Assembly (NCBI RefSeq): GCF_030013205.1
Contig: NZ_CP122648.1
Reading direction: 5' to 3' (one strand)
DNA length: 64,000 nucleotides
Source of the DNA: Escherichia coli
Lineage (GTDB): Bacteria; Pseudomonadota; Gammaproteobacteria; Enterobacterales; Enterobacteriaceae
In this document: one piece after another, positions 1-10,776 of the stretch
Layout of the letters: each line of letters begins with the position of its first letter
Numbering within the stretch: position 1 is the stretch's first letter
Position numbers and translations under genes: made by a program
The notes under the pieces: model-generated
What the model saw: the letters and a program-made list of their open reading frames with translations, nothing else
Told to the model about the DNA's origin: nothing
The model's database searches: none

Positions 1-306
<306 letters not shown>

Positions 307-314
307 GAGAAAGT

Positions 315-1535
315 ATGACACCAGGCGGACAAGCTCAGATAGGTAATGTTGATCTCGTAAAACAGCTTAACAGCGCGGCGGTTTATCGCCTGATTGACCA
401 GTATGGGCCAATCTCGCGGATTCAGATTGCCGAGCAAAGCCAGCTTGCCCCCGCCAGCGTAACCAAAATTACGCGTCAGCTTATCGAACGCGGGCTGATC
501 AAAGAAGTTGATCAGCAGGCCTCCACCGGGGGCCGCCGCGCTATCTCTATCGTCACCGAAACCCGCAATTTCCACGCAATCGGTGTACGGCTTGGTCGTC
601 ACGACGCCACCATTACTCTGTTCGATCTCAGTAGCAAAGTGCTGGCAGAAGAACATTACCCGCTGCCGGAACGTACCCAGCAGACGCTGGAACATGCCCT
701 GCTGAATGCCATTGCTCAGTTTATTGATAGCTACCAGCGCAAGCTGCGCGAGCTGATTGCCATTTCCGTGATCCTGCCAGGGCTTGTTGACCCGGACAGC
801 GGCAAAATTCATTACATGCCGCATATTCAGGTAGAAAACTGGGGGCTGGTAGAAGCACTGGAAGAGCGTTTTAAAGTGACCTGTTTTGTCGGCCACGATA
901 TCCGTAGTCTGGCGCTGGCAGAGCACTACTTCGGTGCAAGTCAGGATTGCGAAGACTCCATTTTAGTGCGTGTCCATCGCGGGACCGGGGCAGGGATTAT
1001 CTCTAACGGGCGCATTTTTATTGGCCGCAACGGTAACGTCGGTGAAATTGGCCATATTCAGGTCGAACCGCTGGGTGAACGCTGCCACTGCGGCAACTTT
1101 GGCTGCCTGGAAACTATTGCTGCCAACGCTGCTATTGAACAACGGGTGTTGAATCTGTTAAAGCAGGGCTACCAGAGCCGCGTGCCGCTGGACGACTGCA
1201 CCATAAAAACTATCTGCAAAGCTGCGAACAAAGGCGATAGCCTGGCGTCGGAAGTGATTGAGTATGTGGGTCGTCATCTGGGCAAAACCATCGCCATTGC
1301 GATCAACTTATTTAATCCGCAAAAAATTGTTATTGCCGGTGAAATCACCGAAGCCGATAAAGTGCTGCTCCCTGCTATTGAAAGCTGCATTAATACCCAG
1401 GCGCTGAAGGCGTTTCGCACTAATCTTCCGGTGGTACGTTCTGAGTTGGATCACCGCTCGGCAATCGGCGCTTTTGCGCTGGTAAAACGCGCCATGCTCA
1501 ACGGTATTTTGCTCCAGCATTTGCTGGAAAATTAA
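315..1535 (+). CDS. nagC: N-acetylglucosamine repressor NagC (ROK family)
   Basis: 406-aa ORF MTPGGQAQIGNVDLVKQLNS..; ROK-type CHCGNFGCLE zinc motif; position between nagA and nagD. Confidence 0.95.
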   Translation: MTPGGQAQIGNVDLVKQLNSAAVYRLIDQYGPISRIQIAEQSQLAPASVTKITRQLIERGLIKEVDQQASTGGRRAISIVTETRNFHAIGVRLGRHDATITLFDLSSKVLAEEHYPLPERTQQTLEHALLNAIAQFIDSYQRKLRELIAISVILPGLVDPDSGKIHYMPHIQVENWGLVEALEERFKVTCFVGHDIRSLALAEHYFGASQDCEDSILVRVHRGTGAGIISNGRIFIGRNGNVGEIGHIQVEPLGERCHCGNFGCLETIAANAAIEQRVLNLLKQGYQSRVPLDDCTIKTICKAANKGDSLASEVIEYVGRHLGKTIAIAINLFNPQKIVIAGEITEADKVLLPAIESCINTQALKAFRTNLPVVRSELDHRSAIGAFALVKRAMLNGILLQHLLEN

Positions 1536-1582
1536 TGTGCTTTTATAGTGGCGCTTATTGTTGTCAATATTCTGGGTAGTCC

Positions 1583-2335
1583 ATGACCATTAAAAATGTA
1601 ATTTGCGATATCGACGGCGTGCTGATGCACGATAACGTCGCCGTACCGGGTGCAGCGGAATTTTTGCACGGGATTATGGATAAAGGCCTGCCGCTGGTGT
1701 TGCTGACCAACTATCCTTCGCAGACCGGGCAAGATCTGGCGAATCGCTTTGCCACTGCGGGTGTCGATGTGCCGGACAGCGTGTTTTATACCTCCGCGAT
1801 GGCAACCGCCGATTTCCTGCGTCGCCAGGAAGGCAAGAAAGCGTATGTGGTGGGCGAAGGCGCACTGATTCATGAACTGTACAAAGCCGGTTTCACTATT
1901 ACCGATGTGAACCCTGATTTTGTGATTGTTGGCGAAACGCGTTCCTACAACTGGGACATGATGCATAAAGCAGCCTATTTCGTCGCTAACGGTGCACGCT
2001 TTATCGCCACCAACCCGGACACCCACGGGCGCGGTTTTTATCCGGCCTGTGGCGCGCTATGCGCGGGGATCGAAAAAATCTCCGGACGTAAACCGTTCTA
2101 TGTTGGTAAGCCGAGTCCGTGGATCATCCGCGCAGCATTAAACAAAATGCAGGCGCATTCGGAAGAAACGGTGATTGTCGGCGATAACCTGCGTACCGAT
2201 ATTCTGGCGGGCTTCCAGGCCGGTCTGGAGACGATTCTGGTGCTTTCTGGTGTTTCATCGCTCGACGATATCGACAGTATGCCATTCCGCCCCAGCTGGA
2301 TTTACCCATCGGTCGCCGAAATCGACGTTATCTGA
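1583..2335 (+). CDS. nagD: UMP phosphatase NagD/UmpH (HAD superfamily)
   Basis: 250-aa ORF with HAD motif I (CDIDGVLMHD) near the N terminus; follows nagC. Confidence 0.95.
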   Translation: MTIKNVICDIDGVLMHDNVAVPGAAEFLHGIMDKGLPLVLLTNYPSQTGQDLANRFATAGVDVPDSVFYTSAMATADFLRRQEGKKAYVVGEGALIHELYKAGFTITDVNPDFVIVGETRSYNWDMMHKAAYFVANGARFIATNPDTHGRGFYPACGALCAGIEKISGRKPFYVGKPSPWIIRAALNKMQAHSEETVIVGDNLRTDILAGFQAGLETILVLSGVSSLDDIDSMPFRPSWIYPSVAEIDVI

Positions 2336-2591
2336 ATAGCAACCACGCCTCAGGGCGTGGTTTCTTATTTTTACCCATCACTAAAATTCGCCCATTCAAT
2401 AAAACCCGCCAAAAATTATCGATTCATCAATAAATACACCTCCACACCCTACCCTTTTTCATTAATCAGCAATCACCATTACGTTTTTTATTCCCCCCCT
2501 GCCAAATCGCTTGCGCACAGTGCTGCTTTGCGGCATTTTTTTAAACAAGCAAACACAACAAACAACAAATACCAGGTTAACGGAGAAGGTT

Positions 2592-4256
2592 ATGTGTTCA
2601 ATTTTTGGCGTATTCGATATCAAAACAGACGCAGTTGAGCTGCGTAAGAAAGCACTCGAACTGTCACGCCTGATGCGTCATCGTGGCCCGGACTGGTCCG
2701 GTATTTATGCCAGCGATAACGCCATTCTCGCCCACGAACGTCTGTCAATTGTTGACGTTAACGCGGGGGCGCAACCTCTCTACAACCAACAAAAAACTCA
2801 TGTGCTGGCGGTAAACGGTGAAATCTACAACCACCAGGCACTGCGCGCCGAATATGGCGATCGTTATCAGTTCCAGACCGGATCTGACTGCGAAGTGATC
2901 CTCGCGCTGTATCAGGAAAAAGGGCCGGAATTTCTCGACGACTTGCAGGGCATGTTTGCCTTTGCCCTGTACGACAGCGAAAAAGATGCATATCTGATTG
3001 GTCGCGACCATCTGGGGATCATCCCACTGTATATGGGCTATGACGAACACGGTCAGCTGTATGTGGCCTCAGAAATGAAAGCCCTGGTGCCAGTTTGCCG
3101 CACGATTAAAGAGTTCCCGGCGGGGAGCTATTTGTGGAGCCAGGACGGCGAAATCCGTTCTTATTATCACCGCGACTGGTTCGACTTTGATGCAGTGAAA
3201 GATAACGTGACCGACAAAAACGAGCTGCGTCAGGCACTGGAAGATTCCGTTAAAAGCCATCTGATGTCTGATGTGCCTTACGGTGTGCTGCTTTCTGGTG
3301 GTCTGGATTCCTCAATTATTTCCGCGATCACCAAGAAATACGCCGCCCGTCGCGTGGAAGATCAGGAACGTTCTGAAGCCTGGTGGCCGCAGTTACACTC
3401 CTTTGCTGTAGGTCTGCCGGGTTCACCGGATCTGAAAGCAGCCCAGGAAGTGGCAAACCATCTGGGCACTGTGCATCACGAAATTCACTTCACTGTACAG
3501 GAAGGTCTGGACGCCATCCGCGACGTGATTTACCACATCGAAACCTATGATGTGACCACTATTCGCGCTTCAACACCGATGTATTTAATGTCGCGTAAGA
3601 TCAAGGCGATGGGCATTAAAATGGTGCTGTCCGGTGAAGGTTCTGATGAAGTGTTTGGCGGTTATCTTTACTTCCACAAAGCACCGAATGCCAAAGAACT
3701 GCATGAAGAGACGGTGCGTAAACTGCTGGCCCTGCATATGTATGACTGCGCGCGTGCCAACAAAGCGATGTCAGCCTGGGGCGTGGAAGCACGCGTTCCG
3801 TTCCTCGACAAAAAATTCCTTGATGTGGCGATGCGTATTAACCCACAGGATAAAATGTGCGGTAACGGCAAAATGGAAAAACACATCCTGCGTGAATGTT
3901 TTGAAGCGTATCTGCCTGCAAGCGTGGCCTGGCGGCAGAAAGAGCAGTTCTCCGATGGCGTCGGTTACAGTTGGATCGATACCCTGAAAGAAGTGGCGGC
4001 GCAGCAGGTTTCTGATCAACAGCTGGAAACTGCCCACTTCCGCTTCCCGTACAACACGCCGACGTCCAAAGAAGCGTATCTGTACCGGGAGATCTTTGAA
4101 GAACTGTTCCCGCTTCCGAGCGCCGCAGAGTGCGTACCGGGCGGTCCTTCCGTCGCGTGTTCTTCCGCTAAAGCGATCGAATGGGATGAAGCGTTCAAAA
4201 AAATGGACGATCCATCTGGTCGTGCGGTTGGTGTTCACCAGTCGGCATATAAATAA
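2592..4256 (+). CDS. asnB: asparagine synthetase B (glutamine-hydrolysing)
   Basis: 554 aa beginning MCSIFGV (N-terminal Cys of class II amidotransferases), SGGLDSS PP-loop; ATG at 2592 preceded by GGAGAAGG; the longer track ORF from 2511 is an upstream extension. Confidence 0.95.
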   Translation: MCSIFGVFDIKTDAVELRKKALELSRLMRHRGPDWSGIYASDNAILAHERLSIVDVNAGAQPLYNQQKTHVLAVNGEIYNHQALRAEYGDRYQFQTGSDCEVILALYQEKGPEFLDDLQGMFAFALYDSEKDAYLIGRDHLGIIPLYMGYDEHGQLYVASEMKALVPVCRTIKEFPAGSYLWSQDGEIRSYYHRDWFDFDAVKDNVTDKNELRQALEDSVKSHLMSDVPYGVLLSGGLDSSIISAITKKYAARRVEDQERSEAWWPQLHSFAVGLPGSPDLKAAQEVANHLGTVHHEIHFTVQEGLDAIRDVIYHIETYDVTTIRASTPMYLMSRKIKAMGIKMVLSGEGSDEVFGGYLYFHKAPNAKELHEETVRKLLALHMYDCARANKAMSAWGVEARVPFLDKKFLDVAMRINPQDKMCGNGKMEKHILRECFEAYLPASVAWRQKEQFSDGVGYSWIDTLKEVAAQQVSDQQLETAHFRFPYNTPTSKEAYLYREIFEELFPLPSAAECVPGGPSVACSSAKAIEWDEAFKKMDDPSGRAVGVHQSAYK

Positions 4257-4270
4257 GACGTATAATATTG

Positions 4271-4296
4271 CCCCGGAGAAATCCGGGGCAATTTCA
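4271..4296 (+). terminator. probable asnB terminator hairpin
   Basis: CCCCGGA-GAAA-TCCGGGG stem-loop 15 bp after the asnB stop; weak U tract. Confidence 0.45.
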
Positions 4297-4567
4297 GTTA
4301 CTGGGGCGCTTGTTGATTCTGATATGCAGTAAGGAAATGTTCCGGGTTTGCCACATCGCTGTTTGACAACTCATCACTGTAGGCCAGTATTTCATAGATT
4401 AATTTCCCACCACTATTGTTGAATTCCGAATTTCATCCTGTATGACAAAAGAATGGCTGTAGGGTGGGGAAAAAACACAAAGTAAACAATAATTGACGAA
4501 TATAGCGCCATGCTGTTCGCAACCTAACCAAACAGTCACTTTCGAGCAATTTTCCTTGAAAAAGAGG

Positions 4568-4596
4568 TTGACGCTGCAAGGCTCTATACGCATAAT
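4568..4596 (+). promoter_or_regulatory. sigma70-type promoter of the tRNA operon (-35 TTGACG 4568-4573, 17-bp spacer, -10 CATAAT 4591-4596, GC-rich discriminator GCGCCCC)
   Basis: Hexamers and spacing read directly from the sequence, about 40 bp upstream of the first tRNA; GC-rich discriminator is typical of stringently controlled stable-RNA promoters. Confidence 0.5.
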
Positions 4597-4636
4597 GCGC
4601 CCCGCAACGCCGATAAGGTATCGCGAAAAAAAAGAT

Positions 4637-4713
4637 GGCTACGTAGCTCAGTTGGTTAGAGCACATCACTCATAATGATGGGGTCACAGGTTCGAATCCC
4701 GTCGTAGCCACCA
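4637..4713 (+). tRNA. metT: tRNA-Met (anticodon CAU, elongator)
   Basis: 77-nt sequence GGCTACGTAGCTCAGTTGGTTAGAGCACATCACTCATAATGATGGGGTCACAGGTTCGAATCCCGTCGTAGCCACCA with encoded CCA. Confidence 0.95.
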
Positions 4714-4721
4714 TCTTTTTT

Positions 4722-4806
4722 GCGGGAGTGGCGAAATTGGTAGACGCACCAGATTTAGGTTCTGGCGCCGCAAGGTGTGCGAGTTCAAGTCTCGCCTCCC
4801 GCACCA
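4722..4806 (+). tRNA. leuW: tRNA-Leu (anticodon UAG)
   Basis: 85-nt type II tRNA with long variable arm; anticodon loop TTTAGGT; encoded CCA. Confidence 0.95.
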
Positions 4807-4829
4807 TTCACCAGAAAGCGTTGTACGGA

Positions 4830-4904
4830 TGGGGTATCGCCAAGCGGTAAGGCACCGGTTTTTGATACCGGCATTCCCTGGTTCGAATCCAGGTACCCCA
4901 GCCA
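4830..4904 (+). tRNA. glnU: tRNA-Gln (anticodon UUG)
   Basis: 75-nt TGGGGTATCGCCAAGCGGTAAGGCACCGGTTTTTGATACCGG..CCAGCCA; anticodon TTG. Confidence 0.95.
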
Positions 4905-4938
4905 TATTCTTCGAGTAAGCGGTTCACCGCCCGGTTAT

Positions 4939-5013
4939 TGGGGTATCGCCAAGCGGTAAGGCACCGGTTTTTGATACCGGCATTCCCTGGTTCGAATCCA
5001 GGTACCCCAGCCA
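4939..5013 (+). tRNA. glnW: tRNA-Gln (anticodon UUG), identical second copy
   Basis: 75-nt sequence identical to the copy at 4830-4904. Confidence 0.95.
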
Positions 5014-5028
5014 TCGAAGAAACAATCT

Positions 5029-5105
5029 GGCTACGTAGCTCAGTTGGTTAGAGCACATCACTCATAATGATGGGGTCACAGGTTCGAATCCCGTCGTAGC
5101 CACCA
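5029..5105 (+). tRNA. metU: tRNA-Met (anticodon CAU), second copy
   Basis: 77-nt sequence identical to 4637-4713. Confidence 0.95.
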
Positions 5106-5153
5106 AATTCTGAATGTGTCGAATATGTTCGGCAAATTCAAAAACCAATTTGT

Positions 5154-5228
5154 TGGGGTATCGCCAAGCGGTAAGGCACCGGATTCTGATTCCGGCATTC
5201 CGAGGTTCGAATCCTCGTACCCCAGCCA
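5154..5228 (+). tRNA. glnV: tRNA-Gln (anticodon CUG)
   Basis: 75-nt tRNA with anticodon loop GGATTCTGATTCCGG (CTG); encoded CCA. Confidence 0.95.
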
Positions 5229-5232
5229 CATT

Positions 5233-5262
5233 AAAAAAGCTCGCTTCGGCGAGCTTTTTGCT
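5233..5262 (+). terminator. rho-independent terminator of the tRNA operon
   Basis: AAGCTCGC-TTCG-GCGAGCTT hairpin flanked by A run and followed by TTTTTG. Confidence 0.75.
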
Positions 5263-5280
5263 TTTCTGCGTTCATTCAAT

Positions 5281-5352
5281 GTCGAATGCGATGTTGACAC
5301 GTCTTATCCTTCAAAGTCGGATGCGACGCTGACGCGTCTTATCCGACCTACG
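5281..5352. repeat. two tandem REP-like palindromic units (BIME-like)
   Basis: GTCGAATGCGATGTTGACACGTCTTATCC and GTCGGATGCGACGCTGACGCGTCTTATCCGACCTACG resemble the REP consensus GCCGGATGCGGCG..CGCCTTATCCGGCCTAC. Confidence 0.5.
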
Positions 5353-5381
5353 GTTGGCATGCATCCGGCAATGTTGTAAGG

Positions 5382-6557
5382 CTACAACCCTAACGCATAT
5401 TTCAGCGCCTGACGTTTCAACACGCCAGCACGCTCCGCCGCCATCAAACCAAGATTACGCACAAAACGCAGTGGTGGCAGATTATTGCTGAATCCGGCAT
5501 AAAACAGATCCATACCGCTCTGCATAATGAAGTTATCCGCCATGCGCCGCATCTGGTAACGCTTGAGTATCGGATAACTGGCCCACGCTTCGCCATAGCT
5601 GCGAGCGTTGACCAGAACGTCAATCAGGGCATCGACATCACGATAACCAAGATTCACCCCCTGCCCCGCCAGCGGATGGATGGTGTGCGCGGCATCGCCC
5701 ACCAGCGCAAGCCCTGGCTGCACATACTGCAACGCATGGCGACGCGTCAGCGGAAACGCACCAGCGGCAAGCGGTGTCACGTAACCCAGACGCGACGGGA
5801 AATGCTTCACGATTTCCGCCTGGAGCTGTGCCATATTCATATTCTGCAACTGGCGAATGCGCGCCGGAGAGTCATACCACACCAGCGATGCCCAGTTATC
5901 AAACAACGGCAGAAACGCACGCGGTCCGTCTGGGGTAAATTGCTGCCAGGTGCTATCGCCGGGATCGTTCTCGCACTGTACGCTAATCAACATACACGAC
6001 TGCGCATACTGCCAGGCATGAACACCAATTCCCGCCATCTGCCGCACCTGCGAATTTGCGCCGTCGGCACCAATCACCAGCTTCGCGCGGATCGTTTCTC
6101 CACCCTTCAGTTCCAGTTCCTGAAGATCATCATGGCGATGCAGCGCAATCAGCGAGCCTGGCACACGTAACGTTACTTTCGGATGCGCTTCCAGCGCCTG
6201 CCACAGCGCCTGTTGCAGGACAGTGTTTTCCACCATGTAGCCAAGCAACGGTAGCTTAAGTTCAGCGGCGTCAAACACCACATGCGCCGTTTCCCACTCC
6301 CACGTTTCCAGTCTGCGGTAAGGATGGCAACGCATAGCCTGTACTGCATCCCAGACCCCTAACCCTTTAAGCAATGATACCGAAGCCGCACTAATCGCCG
6401 AGATCCGCACGTCCGGCTGGCTGTCAGCGACAAACGGTGCAGGTTGGGCATGTTCGATAACCATTACCGAAAATCCGTGCTGAGCCAGTCCCAGCGCCAG
6501 TGCGCCGCCGACCATTCCTCCGCCGACAATGGCAATTTCCGTTGGTTGATTTGTCAT
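5382..6557 (-). CDS. ubiF: 2-octaprenyl-3-methyl-6-methoxy-1,4-benzoquinol hydroxylase (FAD monooxygenase)
   Basis: 391 aa; N-terminal FAD fingerprint IVGGGMVGGALA; the track ORF is 2 codons longer (start 6563). Confidence 0.9.
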   Translation of the reverse strand: MTNQPTEIAIVGGGMVGGALALGLAQHGFSVMVIEHAQPAPFVADSQPDVRISAISAASVSLLKGLGVWDAVQAMRCHPYRRLETWEWETAHVVFDAAELKLPLLGYMVENTVLQQALWQALEAHPKVTLRVPGSLIALHRHDDLQELELKGGETIRAKLVIGADGANSQVRQMAGIGVHAWQYAQSCMLISVQCENDPGDSTWQQFTPDGPRAFLPLFDNWASLVWYDSPARIRQLQNMNMAQLQAEIVKHFPSRLGYVTPLAAGAFPLTRRHALQYVQPGLALVGDAAHTIHPLAGQGVNLGYRDVDALIDVLVNARSYGEAWASYPILKRYQMRRMADNFIMQSGMDLFYAGFSNNLPPLRFVRNLGLMAAERAGVLKRQALKYALGL

Positions 6558-6702
6558 GGTCAATCATCCTGTTAGCAATATGCTTTAAGTTTACAGGATT
6601 TTTACCCCCAAGGGCTGATAACGCTCATACTGGTCACAACGGCAGCAAAGCATTACACTATGCGCCCTGCATTCCTGGCTACTATTTCGCAAGAGCAAGT
6701 CG

Positions 6703-8127
6703 ATGACCAAAAAACTCCATATTAAAACCTGGGGCTGTCAGATGAACGAGTACGATTCATCGAAGATGGCCGATCTGCTGGATGCCACCCACGGCTATCA
6801 ACTGACCGACGTGGCGGAAGAAGCGGATGTGCTGCTGCTGAACACCTGCTCAATCCGCGAGAAGGCTCAGGAAAAAGTCTTCCATCAGTTGGGTCGCTGG
6901 AAACTGTTAAAAGAGAAGAATCCAGACCTGATTATCGGCGTCGGCGGCTGCGTGGCATCGCAAGAAGGTGAGCACATTCGCCAGCGCGCCCACTATGTCG
7001 ATATTATTTTTGGGCCGCAAACGCTGCACCGTCTGCCGGAGATGATCAACTCCGTGCGCGGCGACCGCAGCCCGGTTGTAGATATCAGCTTCCCGGAAAT
7101 CGAGAAGTTTGACCGTCTGCCGGAACCGCGCGCCGAAGGACCGACCGCGTTTGTCTCCATCATGGAAGGCTGCAATAAATATTGCACCTACTGCGTAGTG
7201 CCTTACACCCGTGGTGAAGAGGTAAGCCGTCCGTCCGACGATATTCTGTTTGAGATCGCCCAGCTTGCGGCTCAGGGCGTGCGTGAAGTTAACCTGCTCG
7301 GTCAGAACGTGAACGCCTGGCGTGGTGAAAACTACGACGGCACCACCGGATCGTTTGCCGATCTGCTGCGTCTGGTTGCTGCGATCGACGGGATCGATCG
7401 TATTCGCTTTACCACCAGCCATCCGATCGAATTCACCGACGATATCATCGAAGTGTACCGCGACACGCCGGAGCTGGTGAGCTTCCTGCATCTGCCGGTA
7501 CAGAGCGGTTCCGATCGCATTCTGAACCTGATGGGACGTACCCATACAGCGCTGGAGTACAAAGCGATCATCCGTAAACTGCGTGCGGCGCGTCCGGATA
7601 TTCAGATCAGTTCTGACTTCATCGTTGGCTTCCCTGGCGAAACCACCGAAGACTTCGAGAAAACGATGAAGCTGATTACCGACGTCAATTTCGACATGAG
7701 CTACAGCTTTATCTTCTCTGCACGTCCGGGTACGCCAGCCGCCGATATGGTTGATGATGTTCCGGAAGAAGAGAAGAAGCAGCGTCTGTATATTCTGCAA
7801 GAACGCATTAATCAGCAAGCGATGGCATGGAGCCGCCGAATGCTCGGCACCACCCAGCGTATTCTGGTAGAAGGTACATCGCGTAAGAGCATCATGGAGC
7901 TTTCCGGTCGCACTGAAAATAACCGCGTGGTTAACTTCGAAGGTACACCGGATATGATCGGTAAATTCGTCGATGTAGAAATTACCGACGTCTACCCGAA
8001 CTCTCTGCGCGGTAAAGTGGTGCGAACTGAAGATGAAATGGGTCTGCGCGTGGCAGAAACACCGGAATCGGTGATTGCCCGTACCCGCAAAGAAAACGAC
8101 CTTGGCGTGGGTTATTATCAGCCGTAA
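6703..8127 (+). CDS. miaB: tRNA-i6A37 methylthiotransferase MiaB (radical SAM)
   Basis: 474 aa; radical-SAM cysteine motif CNKYCTYC. Confidence 0.95.
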   Translation: MTKKLHIKTWGCQMNEYDSSKMADLLDATHGYQLTDVAEEADVLLLNTCSIREKAQEKVFHQLGRWKLLKEKNPDLIIGVGGCVASQEGEHIRQRAHYVDIIFGPQTLHRLPEMINSVRGDRSPVVDISFPEIEKFDRLPEPRAEGPTAFVSIMEGCNKYCTYCVVPYTRGEEVSRPSDDILFEIAQLAAQGVREVNLLGQNVNAWRGENYDGTTGSFADLLRLVAAIDGIDRIRFTTSHPIEFTDDIIEVYRDTPELVSFLHLPVQSGSDRILNLMGRTHTALEYKAIIRKLRAARPDIQISSDFIVGFPGETTEDFEKTMKLITDVNFDMSYSFIFSARPGTPAADMVDDVPEEEKKQRLYILQERINQQAMAWSRRMLGTTQRILVEGTSRKSIMELSGRTENNRVVNFEGTPDMIGKFVDVEITDVYPNSLRGKVVRTEDEMGLRVAETPESVIARTRKENDLGVGYYQP

Positions 8128-8279
8128 TTCTCAGGCCCGCCGTTCCGGTGGGCCTTGTTTTTTCTCTCTTTATCCCCATCTTTATCGCAATGCTTGCGCC
8201 TTTTTCCTGTGGCGTGAATAATTTCCTTATAGGCCGGTGAATGTTCAGCTTCCGGCGGCATACAGATAAGAGGAACGGT

Positions 8280-9320
8280 TTGAACATAGACACTCGCGAA
8301 ATCACCCTGGAGCCAGCAGACAACGCGCGTCTGTTGAGCCTGTGCGGCCCGTTTGATGACAACATCAAGCAGCTCGAACGCCGTCTCGGCATCGAGATCA
8401 ATCGCCGCGATAACCACTTTAAACTGACCGGCCGTCCGATTTGCGTCACCGCTGCGGCAGACATTCTGCGTAGCCTGTATGTCGATACTGCCCCGATGCG
8501 TGGTCAGATTCAGGATATCGAACCGGAACAGATCCACCTTGCGATTAAAGAAGCGCGGGTACTGGAGCAAAGCGCGGAGAGCGTGCCGGAGTACGGCAAA
8601 GCGGTCAATATCAAGACCAAACGCGGCGTAATTAAGCCGCGCACGCCAAACCAGGCGCAGTACATTGCCAATATTCTCGACCATGACATCACCTTCGGCG
8701 TTGGCCCGGCGGGTACGGGTAAAACCTACCTGGCAGTGGCTGCGGCAGTTGATGCCCTGGAGCGTCAGGAAATTCGCCGTATTCTCCTGACTCGTCCGGC
8801 GGTAGAAGCCGGTGAGAAACTGGGCTTCCTGCCTGGCGATTTAAGCCAGAAAGTAGATCCGTATCTGCGCCCGCTGTACGACGCGCTGTTTGAAATGCTG
8901 GGCTTTGAGAAAGTCGAGAAACTGATTGAGCGCAACGTTATTGAAGTCGCACCGCTGGCCTATATGCGTGGCCGTACGCTGAACGACGCGTTTATCATTC
9001 TCGATGAAAGCCAGAACACCACCATCGAACAGATGAAGATGTTCCTGACCCGTATCGGTTTTAACTCAAAAGCGGTTATCACCGGCGACGTCACACAGAT
9101 CGACCTGCCGCGTAATACTAAATCAGGCTTACGTCATGCCATCGAAGTGCTGGCCGATGTCGAAGAGATCAGCTTTAACTTCTTCCACAGCGAAGACGTG
9201 GTTCGTCACCCGGTGGTGGCGCGTATCGTTAACGCTTATGAAGCCTGGGAAGAAGCAGAACAAAAACGTAAAGCGGCGCTGGCAACAGAACGCAAGCGCG
9301 AAGAACAGGAACAAAAATGA
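8280..9320 (+). CDS. ybeZ: PhoH-like ATPase YbeZ
   Basis: Walker A GPAGTGKT; probable TTG start at 8280 giving 346 aa beginning (M)[11 protein letters not shown]; the track ORF begins at an upstream ATG (8241). Confidence 0.85.
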
Positions 9321-9784
9321 GTCAGGTGATCCTCGATTTACAACTGGCATGTGAAGATAATTCCGGGTTACCGGAAGAGAGCCAGTTTCAAACATGGCTG
9401 AATGCGGTGATCCCGCAGTTTCAGGAAGAGTCGGAAGTGACTATTCGCGTGGTCGATACCGCCGAAAGCCACAGTCTGAATCTGACCTATCGCGGTAAGG
9501 ATAAGCCGACCAACGTGCTCTCCTTCCCGTTTGAAGTGCCGCCTGGCATGGAAATGTCGCTACTGGGCGATCTGGTTATCTGCCGTCAGGTGGTTGAGAA
9601 GGAAGCTCAGGAGCAAGGCAAACCACTGGAGGCGCACTGGGCGCATATGGTGGTGCACGGCAGTCTGCATTTGTTAGGTTACGATCACATCGAAGATGAC
9701 GAAGCAGAAGAAATGGAAGCCCTCGAAACAGAGATTATGCTTGCTCTGGGCTATGAGGATCCGTACATTGCCGAGAAAGAATAA
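9317..9784 (+). CDS. ybeY: endoribonuclease YbeY (rRNA maturation)
   Basis: 155 aa; zinc-binding [11 protein letters not shown] motif; ATGA overlap with the ybeZ stop. Confidence 0.95.
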
Positions 9785-9873
9785 TTTGCCAGGCATTTGA
9801 CTGGCAGACGTCCCCGCCGTTGGTGATTAACGACGGCGTTTTGATTAACTAACATGAGAACCCATACGACGCC

Positions 9874-10752
9874 ATGAGCGACGACAATTCACACAGTAGT
9901 GACACGATAAGCAACAAGAAGGGATTTTTCTCCCTGTTACTCAGCCAACTTTTCCACGGTGAACCGAAAAACCGTGACGAACTGCTGGCGCTGATCCGTG
10001 ATTCCGGGCAGAACGACCTTATCGACGAAGATACGCGCGATATGCTCGAAGGGGTGATGGACATCGCAGACCAACGCGTCCGCGACATCATGATCCCCCG
10101 CTCCCAGATGATTACCCTGAAACGCAACCAGACGCTGGACGAATGCCTTGATGTCATCATCGAGTCTGCCCACTCACGTTTCCCGGTGATTAGCGAAGAC
10201 AAAGATCACATTGAAGGGATTCTGATGGCGAAAGACTTGCTGCCGTTTATGCGCAGCGATGCTGAAGCCTTCAGCATGGACAAAGTGTTACGTCAGGCAG
10301 TTGTCGTTCCTGAAAGTAAGCGCGTAGACCGGATGCTGAAAGAGTTTCGCTCTCAGCGTTACCACATGGCGATCGTCATTGACGAATTCGGTGGGGTTTC
10401 CGGTCTGGTGACCATTGAAGACATCCTGGAACTGATTGTTGGTGAGATTGAAGACGAGTATGACGAAGAAGATGATATCGACTTCCGTCAGCTGAGTCGT
10501 CATACCTGGACCGTGCGCGCACTGGCTTCCATTGAAGACTTCAACGAAGCGTTCGGCACCCACTTTAGCGATGAAGAGGTTGACACTATCGGTGGTCTGG
10601 TGATGCAGGCATTTGGGCATCTTCCGGCGCGTGGCGAAACCATCGACATCGACGGTTACCAGTTCAAAGTGGCGATGGCCGACAGTCGGCGTATCATTCA
10701 GGTTCATGTCAAAATCCCGGATGACTCACCCCAGCCGAAGCTGGATGAATAA
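9874..10752 (+). CDS. corC: CBS-domain Mg/Co efflux-associated protein CorC (YbeX)
   Basis: 292-aa ORF in the conserved miaB-ybeZ-ybeY-corC-lnt order. Confidence 0.9.
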   Translation: MSDDNSHSSDTISNKKGFFSLLLSQLFHGEPKNRDELLALIRDSGQNDLIDEDTRDMLEGVMDIADQRVRDIMIPRSQMITLKRNQTLDECLDVIIESAHSRFPVISEDKDHIEGILMAKDLLPFMRSDAEAFSMDKVLRQAVVVPESKRVDRMLKEFRSQRYHMAIVIDEFGGVSGLVTIEDILELIVGEIEDEYDEEDDIDFRQLSRHTWTVRALASIEDFNEAFGTHFSDEEVDTIGGLVMQAFGHLPARGETIDIDGYQFKVAMADSRRIIQVHVKIPDDSPQPKLDE

Positions 10753-10776
10753 AACCGAAACTGGATAGATAACTAC

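Noticed and set aside
2511-2591. N-terminal extensions of track ORFs (asnB from 2511, gltI from 12637, citC from 40590, dsbG from 53202, rihA from 16014, leuS from 17721, ahpF to 52186, entA to 63272, uspG from 49298, tnpA to 50438)
   Set aside because: The recognisable protein N-termini begin at internal Met codons with better RBS spacing; the extensions read through promoter or leader sequence.
4830-5228. Possible CRISPR-like array suggested by regularly spaced identical ~75-bp repeats
   Set aside because: The repeats are tRNA-Gln/tRNA-Met genes with cloverleaf structure and CCA ends, not CRISPR repeats; no cas genes anywhere in the window.
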